NCBI GenBank assembly: GCA_017998135.1
Contig: JAGODS010000001.1
Span: 1-46,657 of the forward strand
Origin: Bacteroidales bacterium
GTDB taxonomy: Bacteria; Bacteroidota; Bacteroidia; Bacteroidales; JAGODS01
Reading direction: 5' to 3'
Length of the DNA stretch: 46,657 bases
Shown: positions 25,337 to 34,820 of the stretch, piece after piece
Layout: each line of letters starts with the position of its first letter
Position numbering within the stretch: the first letter of the stretch is position 1
Notes under the pieces: model-generated
What the model saw: the letters and a program-made list of their open reading frames with translations, nothing else
Told to the model about the DNA's origin: nothing
Databases searched by the model: none
Made by a program: the position numbers and the translations under genes

Positions 25337-26115
25337 TGACTGAAGAAAATCAGATAAAAGTAAGCTTTCTCGGTACAGGAACTTCTACGGGTGTTCCTGT
25401 TATTGCCTGTAATTGTCCTGCTTGTAAATCAAATGACTTTAGAGATACAAGACTTAGAACTTCTGCTTTAATTCAGGTTAATAATAAAAAATTCGTAATT
25501 GACTGCGGTCCTGATTTTCGTCAGCAGATGCTCAAAGCCAATGTGGATGATATTAACGCTGTTCTGCTTACTCACGAACACAGAGACCATACATCCGGAC
25601 TTGACGACCTGAGAGCTTTTAATTATATATTGAATAAACCTATTGAACTATACGCAACTGAGAAAGTTATCAATTCTATTAAAACCCAGTTCCCTTACAT
25701 TTTTGAAGAAAAAAAATATATAGGCGCTTTAAGGATTAATATACATTTAATTGATAAAAATCCTTTTAATATAGAAGGAGTTACATTTATTCCTATCGAA
25801 GTTAAACATAAAGATATGAGCGTATTAGGTTTTAGAATTGGCGACTTTACCTATATAACCGATGCCAGTTTTATCAGTGAAGATGAAAAGAATAAAATAA
25901 AAGGCTCAAAAGTAGTTGTTATAAATGCTTTAAGAAAATCTAAACATATATCCCATTTTAGCATTTCTGAAGCTGTTGATTTTCTTAATGAAATTAAACC
26001 GGAAAGAGGCTATCTGACTCATTTAAGTCATTTCGCAGGTCTCCATAAAGAAATAGAAGAAGTTACACCTCCTTTCATTCACCCCGCAAACGACGGACTG
26101 ACGATCTTTATCTGA
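25336..26115 (+). CDS. MBL-fold metallo-hydrolase
   Basis: 259 aa. The metal motif LLTHEHRDHTSGLDDL (HxHxDH) plus later His/Asp ligands are present. The start overlaps the ribF stop (TAATG). Confidence 0.75.
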   Translation: MTEENQIKVSFLGTGTSTGVPVIACNCPACKSNDFRDTRLRTSALIQVNNKKFVIDCGPDFRQQMLKANVDDINAVLLTHEHRDHTSGLDDLRAFNYILNKPIELYATEKVINSIKTQFPYIFEEKKYIGALRINIHLIDKNPFNIEGVTFIPIEVKHKDMSVLGFRIGDFTYITDASFISEDEKNKIKGSKVVVINALRKSKHISHFSISEAVDFLNEIKPERGYLTHLSHFAGLHKEIEEVTPPFIHPANDGLTIFI

Positions 26116-26222
26116 TAAGTAAGGGTATAATGTTTAATGTCCATCCCCAAAGTCTCTTTTTCCTTCTTTTTTGCGTTACTTTGCGACTGTTTTACTTGCG
26201 ACGAAATAGATTTTCAATACCG

Positions 26223-26290
26223 TTAGACTAAGCGTCCTCGCTTCGTCTAATTTACCTGCTACCCAATACTCAATACCCAATACCCAATAC
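26223..26290. repeat. R1 hairpin copy followed by a heptamer-repeat module
   Basis: TTAGACTAAGCG-TCCT-CGCTTCGTCTAA (26223..26250), then GCTACCCAATACTCAATACCCAATACCCAATAC (26258..26290), which is the reverse complement of the GGGTATT family. Confidence 0.7.
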
Positions 26291-26306
26291 AGAAAATGCA
26301 CATTAA

Positions 26307-26945
26307 TCACACATCAACGAGGAAGCAGAAGATAGTTTTAGGTCCGTGGGCACCGAGTATAAGAGTTTTTTCAATATCTGCCGTTCTGCTTGGTCCTGTA
26401 ATGATTGAAACAAATGAAGGAAAGTTGCTTGAATATTTCTTTTTTAATTTTTCAAGAGCATCTTTAAGATCACGAACAACTTGTTTGGTAGAAGCAATAA
26501 CAATATGAGCAGGCGGAAATCCTGCCATTTTTCTTCCCGGCATTTGTCTGGAAGAAACAATAATACTTCCGAGTCTGGCAACAAGATATTCACAACCTGT
26601 AATACCTGCATCTATTGAATTAAATTCTGATTCGTCCTTACTAACCAAAATATTAGCTTTATTAAGAAATTCTATTATTTTACTGTCTTTACAAAAGACA
26701 TTTTTCCAATTATTCTCACTTATGATAGAGTTAAGATTAACAGCTAATTCTGAATAATCCTGGCAAAAAATAAACTTCCCTCCCACTTTTATAAATTCCT
26801 GAGCAAAAACTATTTCATCAGGTTCAGTTGACAAATTATATACCGAAGAATCAAAATCAATATTCTGATATGGATTTTCAGTTTTATTGATTAAGGCATT
26901 CCTGATGTTTTTCAGTATTTTCTCTTTTGATGTGCTTTCTTTCAT
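26307..26945 (-). CDS. LUD-domain protein (LutC/YkgG family)
   Basis: 212 aa. GITGCEYLVARLGSIIV and ITGPSRTADIEKTLILGAHGP match the LUD/DUF162 signature as I recall it. Confidence 0.7.
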   Translation of the reverse strand: MKESTSKEKILKNIRNALINKTENPYQNIDFDSSVYNLSTEPDEIVFAQEFIKVGGKFIFCQDYSELAVNLNSIISENNWKNVFCKDSKIIEFLNKANILVSKDESEFNSIDAGITGCEYLVARLGSIIVSSRQMPGRKMAGFPPAHIVIASTKQVVRDLKDALEKLKKKYSSNFPSFVSIITGPSRTADIEKTLILGAHGPKTIFCFLVDV

Positions 26946-26985
26946 AATAGTAGCTTATTGTAAGCAGTTGAACAATGACTATGGA

Positions 26986-28950
26986 CTAAATATGCTTATC
27001 TTCCCATTGTCTTTTTCCAAAAATAGTTTCCAGATCTTCGCGGAAAATTACTTCTTTTTCAAGAAGCAATATCGCAAGTTGTTCAACTTTTTCTTTATTT
27101 GTAGTGAGTATATCTTTAGCTTTCTGATATGCACTTTCAACAATTTGCCTGATTTCCATATCTATCATTTCAGCGGTTTTTTCGCTATATGGTTTGGTAA
27201 AATTATATTCCTGCTGCCCTGATGAATCATAATAACTTATATTTCCGATTTTATCATTAAGTCCGTAAAAAACAACCATAGAATACACTTGTTTGGTAAC
27301 TCTTTCAAGGTCATTAAGAGCACCTGTAGAAATTTTAGAGAAGAAGACATCTTCGGAGGCTCTGCCTGCAAGAGTCGCAATGATTTCATCCATCATCTGT
27401 TCGTAAGTTGTGATTTGTCTTTCTTCCGGCAGATACCAGGCTGCACCGAGTGATTTGCCACGTGGTACAATAGTAACCTTAACAAGAGGATGAGCGTATT
27501 GTAACAGCCAACTTACAGCAGCGTGCCCCGATTCGTGAAAAGCGATTACTTTCTTTTCGTCCTGTGATATTATTTTGCTTTTCTTTTCCAAACCACCTAT
27601 TATCCTGTCTACAGCAGCTATAAAATCCTCTTTTCCGACTAAAGTTTTATTATTTCTTGCAGCAATAAGAGCAGCTTCATTGCAAACATTAGCTATATCT
27701 GCACCTGAAAAACCGGGTGTCTGTCGTGCAATAAAATCAACTTCAACAGTTTGATCTATCTTAATAGGGTTAAGATGTACTTTAAATATAGCTTTTCTGC
27801 CTTCTAAATCAGGAAGTTCAACGTGAATCTGCCTGTCAAACCTTCCTGCCCGTAATAAAGCCCGGTCAAGTACATCAGCCCTGTTTGTAGCAGCAAGGAT
27901 AATAACGCCAGTATTATTAGCAAAACCATCCATCTCTGTCAACAATTGGTTTAGGGTGTTTTCCCTTTCGTCATTAGCACCTGTGAATGTTTGTCTCGCC
28001 CTTGACCTTCCTATAGCATCTATTTCATCAATAAAAATTATACAGGGCGCTTTAGATTTCGCTGTTTTAAATAAATCTCTGACCCTTGAGGCGCCTACAC
28101 CTACAAACATCTCTACAAAATCTGAACCTGAGAGAGAGAGAAAAGGAACCTGCGCTTCACCAGCGACTGCTTTGGCAAGAAGGGTTTTGCCCGTTCCCGG
28201 TGGTCCTACTAATAATGCTCCTTTAGGTATCTTGCCTCCTAACTGAGTATATTTAGTAGGATTTTTCAGAAAATCTACTATTTCCATTACTTCCACTTTA
28301 GCTTCATCCAAACCGGCTACATCATTGAAATTAACATTAATTTGTGTGTCCTTATCAAAAACCTGAGCTTTGGATTTACCAAAATTAAAAATTTGAGTAC
28401 CGCCGCCGCCACCGCCTCTGTTCATCAAACGCATAAATAAAACAAAAAGCAATACAATAAAACCTATAGTGAAAATAAGATTAAGAATATCAGAACTCCA
28501 GTCTTTTCTGCTTTGTTGTTCTATATTGACATAAGGATATTTTTCATTCATATCTTTTTCAAATTGCTCTATTGTCATCAATTTATAGATATAATGAGGA
28601 ATTTTATTGTTTAATACACCCTTATTATCAAGATCTTTATAATCCTTAACTTTTTCTTTTTTTATATATACTTCAGCATACTCTTTATTAACAACTATTA
28701 TTTTTTCTACATCCCCTTTAGGTAAGAGTTCATTATAAAGTTTCTGTTTAGAGATTTCCTTTGTTTCTGGCGACCAGCTATAAAATTGCATTGCTATAAG
28801 AGCTAAAGCAATTAATGCATAGACCCAATAAATATTAAATTTGAATTTTTTAGGAGTTTTACCAGGTTTGGGATTAAAAGGTAAATCGTCTTGCTTTTTA
28901 TTATTATCCGTATTTTCCTGAGAAAAACTTTTATTACTGTAATTGTTCAT
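26986..28950 (-). CDS. ftsH: ATP-dependent zinc metalloprotease FtsH
   Basis: 654 aa with two N-terminal TM segments. Walker A is GPPGTGKTLLAKAVAGEA, Walker B IIFIDEIDA, the SRH ends with ...ATNRADVLDRALLRAGRFDR, and the zinc motif is HESGHA. Confidence 0.95.
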   Translation of the reverse strand: MNNYSNKSFSQENTDNNKKQDDLPFNPKPGKTPKKFKFNIYWVYALIALALIAMQFYSWSPETKEISKQKLYNELLPKGDVEKIIVVNKEYAEVYIKKEKVKDYKDLDNKGVLNNKIPHYIYKLMTIEQFEKDMNEKYPYVNIEQQSRKDWSSDILNLIFTIGFIVLLFVLFMRLMNRGGGGGGTQIFNFGKSKAQVFDKDTQINVNFNDVAGLDEAKVEVMEIVDFLKNPTKYTQLGGKIPKGALLVGPPGTGKTLLAKAVAGEAQVPFLSLSGSDFVEMFVGVGASRVRDLFKTAKSKAPCIIFIDEIDAIGRSRARQTFTGANDERENTLNQLLTEMDGFANNTGVIILAATNRADVLDRALLRAGRFDRQIHVELPDLEGRKAIFKVHLNPIKIDQTVEVDFIARQTPGFSGADIANVCNEAALIAARNNKTLVGKEDFIAAVDRIIGGLEKKSKIISQDEKKVIAFHESGHAAVSWLLQYAHPLVKVTIVPRGKSLGAAWYLPEERQITTYEQMMDEIIATLAGRASEDVFFSKISTGALNDLERVTKQVYSMVVFYGLNDKIGNISYYDSSGQQEYNFTKPYSEKTAEMIDMEIRQIVESAYQKAKDILTTNKEKVEQLAILLLEKEVIFREDLETIFGKRQWEDKHI

Positions 28951-28957
28951 TTTTTTC

Positions 28958-29413
28958 TTATTGTTTTATATAATCAAAATCTGCGTCAGCCCATAGTTGT
29001 TCAAGATTATAAAATGCACGGCTTTCAGCTTTAAAGATATGAACTACTATATCAATAAAGTCAAGTAAAACCCATTCTGTATTTTCAAATCCTTCTTTAT
29101 GCTTAGGATAAACGCCAAAATTCTTTTTTGATTGTATTTCTATTTCGTCAGCAATACTTTCTATTTGTTTACCAGAATTAGCTGAACAAATAATAAAGAA
29201 ATCACAGAAATGATTTTTTATTTTTTTAAAATCAATTACAACTATTTCATCAGCATTTTTATTTTTCATAGCTGTAATAATACTGTCTTTAAGTGTCTTT
29301 ATTTCAGCTTTTTTAACAGTTTTTTTTACAACTTTTTTTACAACCCGCTTTGCTTTCGTTGCAACTGCAGTTTTTGTTTTTTTGGTAGTAGTTTTCTTTT
29401 TTGTAATTGGCAT
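28958..29413 (-). CDS. rsfS: Ribosome silencing factor RsfS with Lys-rich N-terminal extension
   Basis: 151 aa. The C-terminal ~110 aa (ADEIVVIDFKKI...CDFFIICSANSGKQIESIADEI...WVLLDFIDIVVHIF...R.FYNLEQLW) match the RsfS/iojap family. The first ~37 aa are a K/T/V-rich basic tail. The gene lies 7 bp upstream of ftsH. Confidence 0.8.
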   Translation of the reverse strand: MPITKKKTTTKKTKTAVATKAKRVVKKVVKKTVKKAEIKTLKDSIITAMKNKNADEIVVIDFKKIKNHFCDFFIICSANSGKQIESIADEIEIQSKKNFGVYPKHKEGFENTEWVLLDFIDIVVHIFKAESRAFYNLEQLWADADFDYIKQ

Positions 29414-29471
29414 TATTAATTTTTTATTAAACTTGCAAATTTATAGAATTTTAACAAGCCTATATGTTTTT

Positions 29472-30230
29472 ATGAAAAAAATAATTTCTAATCACAAGAA
29501 AATTACTTTAGATAAAATAGATTCAACAAATAATTATGCTCGTGAATTAATTGGGCAGAAAGTGATAGCCGAAGGGTTAGTCATAATAGCTAAAACTCAA
29601 ACAGCAGGTAAAGGGTCAGGAAATAATAAATGGGAAAGTGAATCTAATAAAAATTTGACTTTTTCTATAATTCTTCATCCAGTGTTTATTAATATAGCCA
29701 GTCAGTTTATAATTACTCAAGTAATTTCACTCGCCATTACAGATTATCTGATGGAAGCTATTAAAAATAAAACAATTGCTATTAAATGGCCTAATGATAT
29801 TTATATTAATAATTCCAAAATTTGTGGTATTCTGATTGAAAACATTGTTAAAGGAAATATTTATGAAACTGCTATTGTCGGGATAGGGCTTAATGTTAAT
29901 CAAACCTTATTTAGCAAAGAACTCCCCAATCCAACCTCTTTAAGAATTGAATCCGATAAATATTTTGACCTTGATAAAACCTTAAATAATTTATTATTAA
30001 AAATAAATAAAAGATATAATCAATTGCTTTCAAAAGATTTCGCTTTAATTGAGTATGAATACCTTAAAAACTTATACAGGTTTAACCAAATTCATAAGTT
30101 TATGTACAAAGGAATTACTATTAATGCAAAAATTATCGGAATAAACCGATTTGGGATGCTACAATTAAAAAATTCTGAAGATAACAAGCTAATAGAATGT
30201 AATTTTAATGATATAGATTTTATTATTTGA
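29472..30230 (+). CDS. birA: Biotin--[acetyl-CoA-carboxylase] ligase (class I, no HTH domain)
   Basis: ORF 29382..30230. Met31 (29472) gives MKKIISNHKKITLDKIDSTNNYA, the typical BPL N-terminus. QTAGKGSGNNKWES corresponds to the GRGRxGRxW biotin-binding loop, and KWPNDIY is also present. Confidence 0.8.
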   Translation: MKKIISNHKKITLDKIDSTNNYARELIGQKVIAEGLVIIAKTQTAGKGSGNNKWESESNKNLTFSIILHPVFINIASQFIITQVISLAITDYLMEAIKNKTIAIKWPNDIYINNSKICGILIENIVKGNIYETAIVGIGLNVNQTLFSKELPNPTSLRIESDKYFDLDKTLNNLLLKINKRYNQLLSKDFALIEYEYLKNLYRFNQIHKFMYKGITINAKIIGINRFGMLQLKNSEDNKLIECNFNDIDFII

Positions 30231-30507
30231 TAAAACCTACCATCCTTTCATCCCTGCGGGGTTTTTTGGAAACTTTAATGATATAGATTTTATTATTTGA
30301 TAAAACCTACCATCCTTTCACCCCTGCGGGGTTTTTGGCATTCAAAATTTAAAATTCAACCTATCATCCTTTCACCCCTGCGGGGTTTTTGGCATTCAAA
30401 ATTTAAAATTCAACCTACCATCCTTTCACCCCTGCGGGGTTTTTTGGCATTCAAAATTTAAAATTCAACATTCAACCTACCATCCTTTCACCCCTGCGGG
30501 TTTTTTT
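30201..30507 (+). repeat. Tandem array 2: five copies of the core CCTACCATCCTTTCACCCCTGCGGGGTTTTTGG, with a 70-bp duplication of the birA 3' end
   Basis: The cores start at 30236, 30306, 30360, 30414 and 30476. Segment 30201..30270 is repeated at 30271..30340, including the last ~27 nt and stop codon of birA. Later units have a 54-bp period with the identical spacer CATTCAAAATTTAAAATTCAA. Confidence 0.9.
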
Positions 30508-30665
30508 AGATAAGATATGTTTAATTAATTTTAAGCAAGGATTTAAAATAAGTAAATATCTTTGCAATTAGTTTTAAAAATTTTCTAAAATAAATGTCTT
30601 TTGTCAAATCTCTTTATAGCAGTGGATTTGTAAAAAGCTTTAATTTATTTTCAAGTTGATTTATT

Positions 30666-31289
30666 ATGAAAAAAAAGAAATTTATTGTGTTTGAAGGTAT
30701 TGATGGCAGTGGTAAAAGTACACAGCTCAGGCTGCTGGCTGAAAGGTTAAAAGCTGCTAATCTTAAAGTTTATACTACTGCAGAGCCAACGGGTGGACCT
30801 GTTGGTTCGGTTATCAGAAATATTTTTAATCACAGGATTGAAGCCGATGAGAAGGTGATTGCAGGTTTGTTTGTTGCTGACAGGTTAGACCATTTGTTAA
30901 ATAAAGTTAATGGTATTTTGAAAAAAACCGAAGAAGGTTTTATTGTCATTTCTGACAGGTATTATTTTTCTTCTTTTGCTTATCACAGCAGTTATATGCC
31001 GATGGATTGGGTGATAGAAGCTAATTCAATGAGTGCTGGTTTGCTTAAAGCTGATGCAACTATTTTTATTGATATAGAACCGGGGATTGGAATGGAAAGA
31101 CTTAAAGGAAATCGCGATAATATAGAATTGTATGAGAATCTTGAAAACCTGAAAAGAGTTAGGGAACTGTATTTTAAGGCTTTTGATAAATTGAAAGATA
31201 TAGAGAATATTATTATTGTAAATGGTAATCAAAGTCCTGAACTGCTTGCTGAGGAAATATGGAATAAAATTTCAGGTATATTTAAATAA
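30666..31289 (+). CDS. tmk: dTMP (thymidylate) kinase
   Basis: 207 aa. The P-loop FIVFEGIDGSGKSTQ and the DRY motif (ISDRYYFSS) are present. Confidence 0.9.
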   Translation: MKKKKFIVFEGIDGSGKSTQLRLLAERLKAANLKVYTTAEPTGGPVGSVIRNIFNHRIEADEKVIAGLFVADRLDHLLNKVNGILKKTEEGFIVISDRYYFSSFAYHSSYMPMDWVIEANSMSAGLLKADATIFIDIEPGIGMERLKGNRDNIELYENLENLKRVRELYFKAFDKLKDIENIIIVNGNQSPELLAEEIWNKISGIFK

Positions 31290-31396
31290 TTTTCTCTAAA
31301 AGGTATTATTTTTAGTATTGTATCTGAGCGTATATAAAATTAAAGAAAAACAAACAGGTCATAGACGTTCTGTCTAACTGAAAAGTTGATTTTGTA

Positions 31397-33124
31397 TTAT
31401 GAATTAACCGGCTTGGTCTTATTTAGTTTACTTTTATTAATTCCGTAAAAGAAATAAATAAAGAGACCTGCCAGCAGCCATAGTATAAACCTTAACCAGT
31501 TAGTTATACCCAGTTCGGTCATCAGGTATAGATTTGTTAGCAAGCCAAGCACAGGTATGAGTGAATATTTTTTTGTAAAACATTTGTAGCTTAGAATTAC
31601 AGCAAATACTAAATAAACTAATAAAGGAATTTTATGTTTAAATGTCTGCCAGAAAGCTGCGAAAGAGTTTATATCCTGAAATTGAAAAAATTGTTTTACG
31701 CCCTCAGCATTAAGATATAAAAGCAGGCTGAGAACAATCGCCCAGACAGGCAGTATATAATAGCTGCTGTTTATATAATAAACCTTAAAATGAGCAGGGT
31801 TTTTATCAGGTCTTTGATTAAGCACAAGAATGCCGCCGCAAACTAATACAAAAGCGAAAAGTGTGCCTATGCTGGTCAGATCCGTTACTTCTTTAAGGTT
31901 TAGAAACAAGGAAGGGACTGCAACTATAATGCCTGTTATGACAGTAGAGAAATCGGGGGTTTTGAATTTCATATTCAGATGTGAAAAAGCTTTAGGCAGC
32001 AGGCCGTCCCGACTCATTGACATCCATATACGAGGTTGTCCTAACTGGAAGACTAATAAAACGCTTGCCATTGCTATTATAGCGCTAAAGGCTATTATAC
32101 CTGAAAGAAAATGCAGGTTATATCTGGTGAAGATATAAGCTAAGGGGTCGCCTACGGCGAGTTGATCGTATTTTACCATACCTGTCAATATTAGGCTTAT
32201 GATGATATAAAGGACAGTACAGATAATAAGTGCGTAAATAATGGCTTTTGGCAGGTCGCGGCGCGGGTTTTTACATTCTTCGGCTGTAGTAGATATAGCA
32301 TCAAAGCCTATATAAGCGAAAAAAACGCCTGAAACACCTTTTAAAACCCCTGCCAGTCCATTCGGTGCAAAAGGATGCCAGTTGTCGGTGTTTACATAGA
32401 AAGTCCCTACACTTATCACTACTAATAGTATCATTAATTTGATTAATACCATAATATTGCCTGCTATCTTTGATTCTCTTATACCTATATAAATAAGGCT
32501 TGTTATTATGGCTGTTATGCAAAAAGCCGGTAAATCGCAAATTAATCTGAAATTAATAAAATGAGGTGCATTGTTAAAGGCTAAATAAGCTTCTTTATGA
32601 AATGATGAAAGCTGTGCAAGAGAAATACCATTATTAAGTTGTAGCAGAGCTTCTTTGTGATAACGGGCAGCACTGAAATAGTCCATACTCAGATATTCCG
32701 GTATAGCAAGACCGAGACCTTTCATCAGTTCGGTGAAATAATCAGACCAGGAGATAGCAACAGCAATATTACCGACAGAATATTCCATAATCAGATCCCA
32801 GCCTATAATCCATGCTATCAGTTCGCCGAAAGTTATATAAGAATAGGTATAAGCGCTGCCGCTAACAGGTACTCTTGAAGCGAATTCTGCATAACATACT
32901 GCTGAAAAACCACAGGCTATGGCAGTGAAAACAAATAAAAGGGAGATAGCAGGTCCGCCTGCTGCCGCTGCAGTTCCAATAGTGCTGAAAATACCCGCTC
33001 CTACTATTGCCGCTATGCCAAGTGCTGTCAGGTCATATACCGTAAGATTTTTTCTTAATCCTGTTTGAGTGTTTTCCTGATTCAGGTTGTTCTCAATAGG
33101 TTTTTTTCTGAACAGCTTACTCAT
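31397..33124 (-). CDS. APC-superfamily amino acid permease (cationic amino-acid-transporter-like, with C-terminal extension)
   Basis: 575 aa with about 14 TM segments. The N-terminal GIAAIVGAGIFSTIG motif is typical of APC permeases. Confidence 0.85.
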   Translation of the reverse strand: MSKLFRKKPIENNLNQENTQTGLRKNLTVYDLTALGIAAIVGAGIFSTIGTAAAAGGPAISLLFVFTAIACGFSAVCYAEFASRVPVSGSAYTYSYITFGELIAWIIGWDLIMEYSVGNIAVAISWSDYFTELMKGLGLAIPEYLSMDYFSAARYHKEALLQLNNGISLAQLSSFHKEAYLAFNNAPHFINFRLICDLPAFCITAIITSLIYIGIRESKIAGNIMVLIKLMILLVVISVGTFYVNTDNWHPFAPNGLAGVLKGVSGVFFAYIGFDAISTTAEECKNPRRDLPKAIIYALIICTVLYIIISLILTGMVKYDQLAVGDPLAYIFTRYNLHFLSGIIAFSAIIAMASVLLVFQLGQPRIWMSMSRDGLLPKAFSHLNMKFKTPDFSTVITGIIVAVPSLFLNLKEVTDLTSIGTLFAFVLVCGGILVLNQRPDKNPAHFKVYYINSSYYILPVWAIVLSLLLYLNAEGVKQFFQFQDINSFAAFWQTFKHKIPLLVYLVFAVILSYKCFTKKYSLIPVLGLLTNLYLMTELGITNWLRFILWLLAGLFIYFFYGINKSKLNKTKPVNS

Positions 33125-33223
33125 CAGTTGTTTTTAAACGATTATAAAAACAAAATACTTTGTATTTTTTATAAGATTTATCCTAATATTCAACTATTCA
33201 TCAATGCGTTCTTTCTTCAAATC

Positions 33224-34189
33224 TTATGAAAGTGATTGATTTACTTTAGATGACTGTTCTATAACTTCCTGGTATTCTTCAGGAGAAAGGTCATTGAAGA
33301 AATAATTAACAGGGTTAACATATTTACCGTTTTTGATAACCTCATAATGGAGGTGAGGACCTACAGATATGCCTGTATTGCCAATATAACCTATAACTTG
33401 TCCGCGTTTAATTTTTTGACCGGGTCTGACAGCCAGCTTACTAAGATGCCCGTAAACAGTTTTATATCCATATCCGTGATTGATAACACAAGCTATACCT
33501 AAGCCGCTAAATTCGTTTTTCTGTATAGTGCCATCGCCGGTAGCATAAACAGGTGTGCCCATTCTTGCAGTAATATCTATACCTGAATGCATTCGCAAAA
33601 CCTTATAAATAGGATGTATCCTATATCCGAAGCCCGAAGCGACAATACCCTTCTTTTTAGAAACGGGCAAAATAGCAGGGATAGCAGTAAGTATTTCGGT
33701 TTTATTTTTGGCTAAGCTAATAAGTTCGTCATAAGATTTGGATTGTATATAAATCTCCCTGCTTATCCTGTCTAATTTTTTCATAGTACCAATAAGAAGT
33801 TCGGAGTTATTGAAGCCTTCCAGTTTGGCATATCTATCTGCACCGCCATAGCCGCCTTTTCTAATAGTTGAAGGTATAGGCTCGCTTTCAAAAATAACAC
33901 GATATATGTTATCGTCTCTGTCCTGCATATCTGCAAGGACTTTAGTCATTTTATCCAGTTTTTCATTTAATATTTCGTACTGAACTTTATATTGTTCGAT
34001 TTCTCTTTTGAGAATTCTCTCTTTAGGAGAGTCAATAAGGGTAAAAGCTATAATTACAACAATAGTTGAAAAAACCAAACCGGCTGAAAGAAAATAAACT
34101 ATTCTTAAAAAAATCTGACGAACACTTGGGCTTACTTTGTAAAACCTTAAGTGCAAAGGGTCAAAATGGTATTTGGTTAGTTTAGCCAT
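33224..34189 (-). CDS. M23-family (LytM-type) metallopeptidase, membrane-anchored
   Basis: 321 aa with an N-terminal TM segment and a coiled-coil. The M23 motifs are HSGIDI and GNTGISVGPHLHYEV. Confidence 0.85.
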   Translation of the reverse strand: MAKLTKYHFDPLHLRFYKVSPSVRQIFLRIVYFLSAGLVFSTIVVIIAFTLIDSPKERILKREIEQYKVQYEILNEKLDKMTKVLADMQDRDDNIYRVIFESEPIPSTIRKGGYGGADRYAKLEGFNNSELLIGTMKKLDRISREIYIQSKSYDELISLAKNKTEILTAIPAILPVSKKKGIVASGFGYRIHPIYKVLRMHSGIDITARMGTPVYATGDGTIQKNEFSGLGIACVINHGYGYKTVYGHLSKLAVRPGQKIKRGQVIGYIGNTGISVGPHLHYEVIKNGKYVNPVNYFFNDLSPEEYQEVIEQSSKVNQSLS

Positions 34190-34555
34190 CTATAATTATT
34201 TTGATTTCATATCTATTTTTAGATTTGCAAAGATATATAATATTTTTTGAATTTAACAAATATTAAGAGCTATCCTTTGTAATATCAGATATGAACGAGT
34301 TTTTGTATGAAATATTATTTATTATTAATTTCCGGACTGTTTAAACAATTGTTTATTAAGCGAATTATATTCCCCGTTGAATTATTAAAAAAAATAATAA
34401 TGAGTTAAACCTTAGTATAGAAGATATTCCACGAAAAATCAACCTTATTAGAAGATTAAAATAATATAATAAGGTTGATGGTAAGGCTCATTTTATTATG
34501 CTAAGGTTAATAAGGCTCAAGATATATAAAATGAGTTTATGAATTAAGTATATCG

Positions 34556-34624
34556 GCTCTTTGTGCTTTATTCTTCGAGTTCTTTGTGTAAAATTTCATT
34601 AGTTTATGAGATAATGAATGCACA
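34556..34624 (+). repeat. R3 ~70-bp element, copy 2
   Basis: CTCTTTGTGCTTTATTCTTCGAGTTCTTTGTGTAAAATTTCATTAGTTTATGAGATAATGAATGCACAC. Confidence 0.7.
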
Positions 34625-34739
34625 CTTATTAAGCAGGCTAAGAAAAACAGGAGTAGTAATTTTTATCAAATACTTTTCATTTTTGTTAGTTCTGTTTGCA
34701 TATTTAATATTAATCTTGTTAAGTATTCTCATTTTTTAA

Positions 34740-34747
34740 TAATTTTG
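34740..34747 (+). promoter_or_regulatory. Candidate -7 promoter box
   Basis: TAATTTTG matches TAnnTTTG and lies 74 nt upstream of the ATG at 34821. Confidence 0.3.
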
Positions 34748-34820
34748 CAATCTAAACCAAACTCAATAATAAAGCAAATTTTACGTTTAAATAGAGGTTT
34801 TAAAAAACCTAAAAAGGAAG

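Noticed and set aside
26296-27222. ORFs 26296..26508 (+) and 26887..27222 (+) as real small genes
   Set aside because: Both are antisense to the LUD-domain gene or ftsH and its flank, have no motifs, and are rich in F/I/L/S as expected from translating AT-rich antisense sequence.
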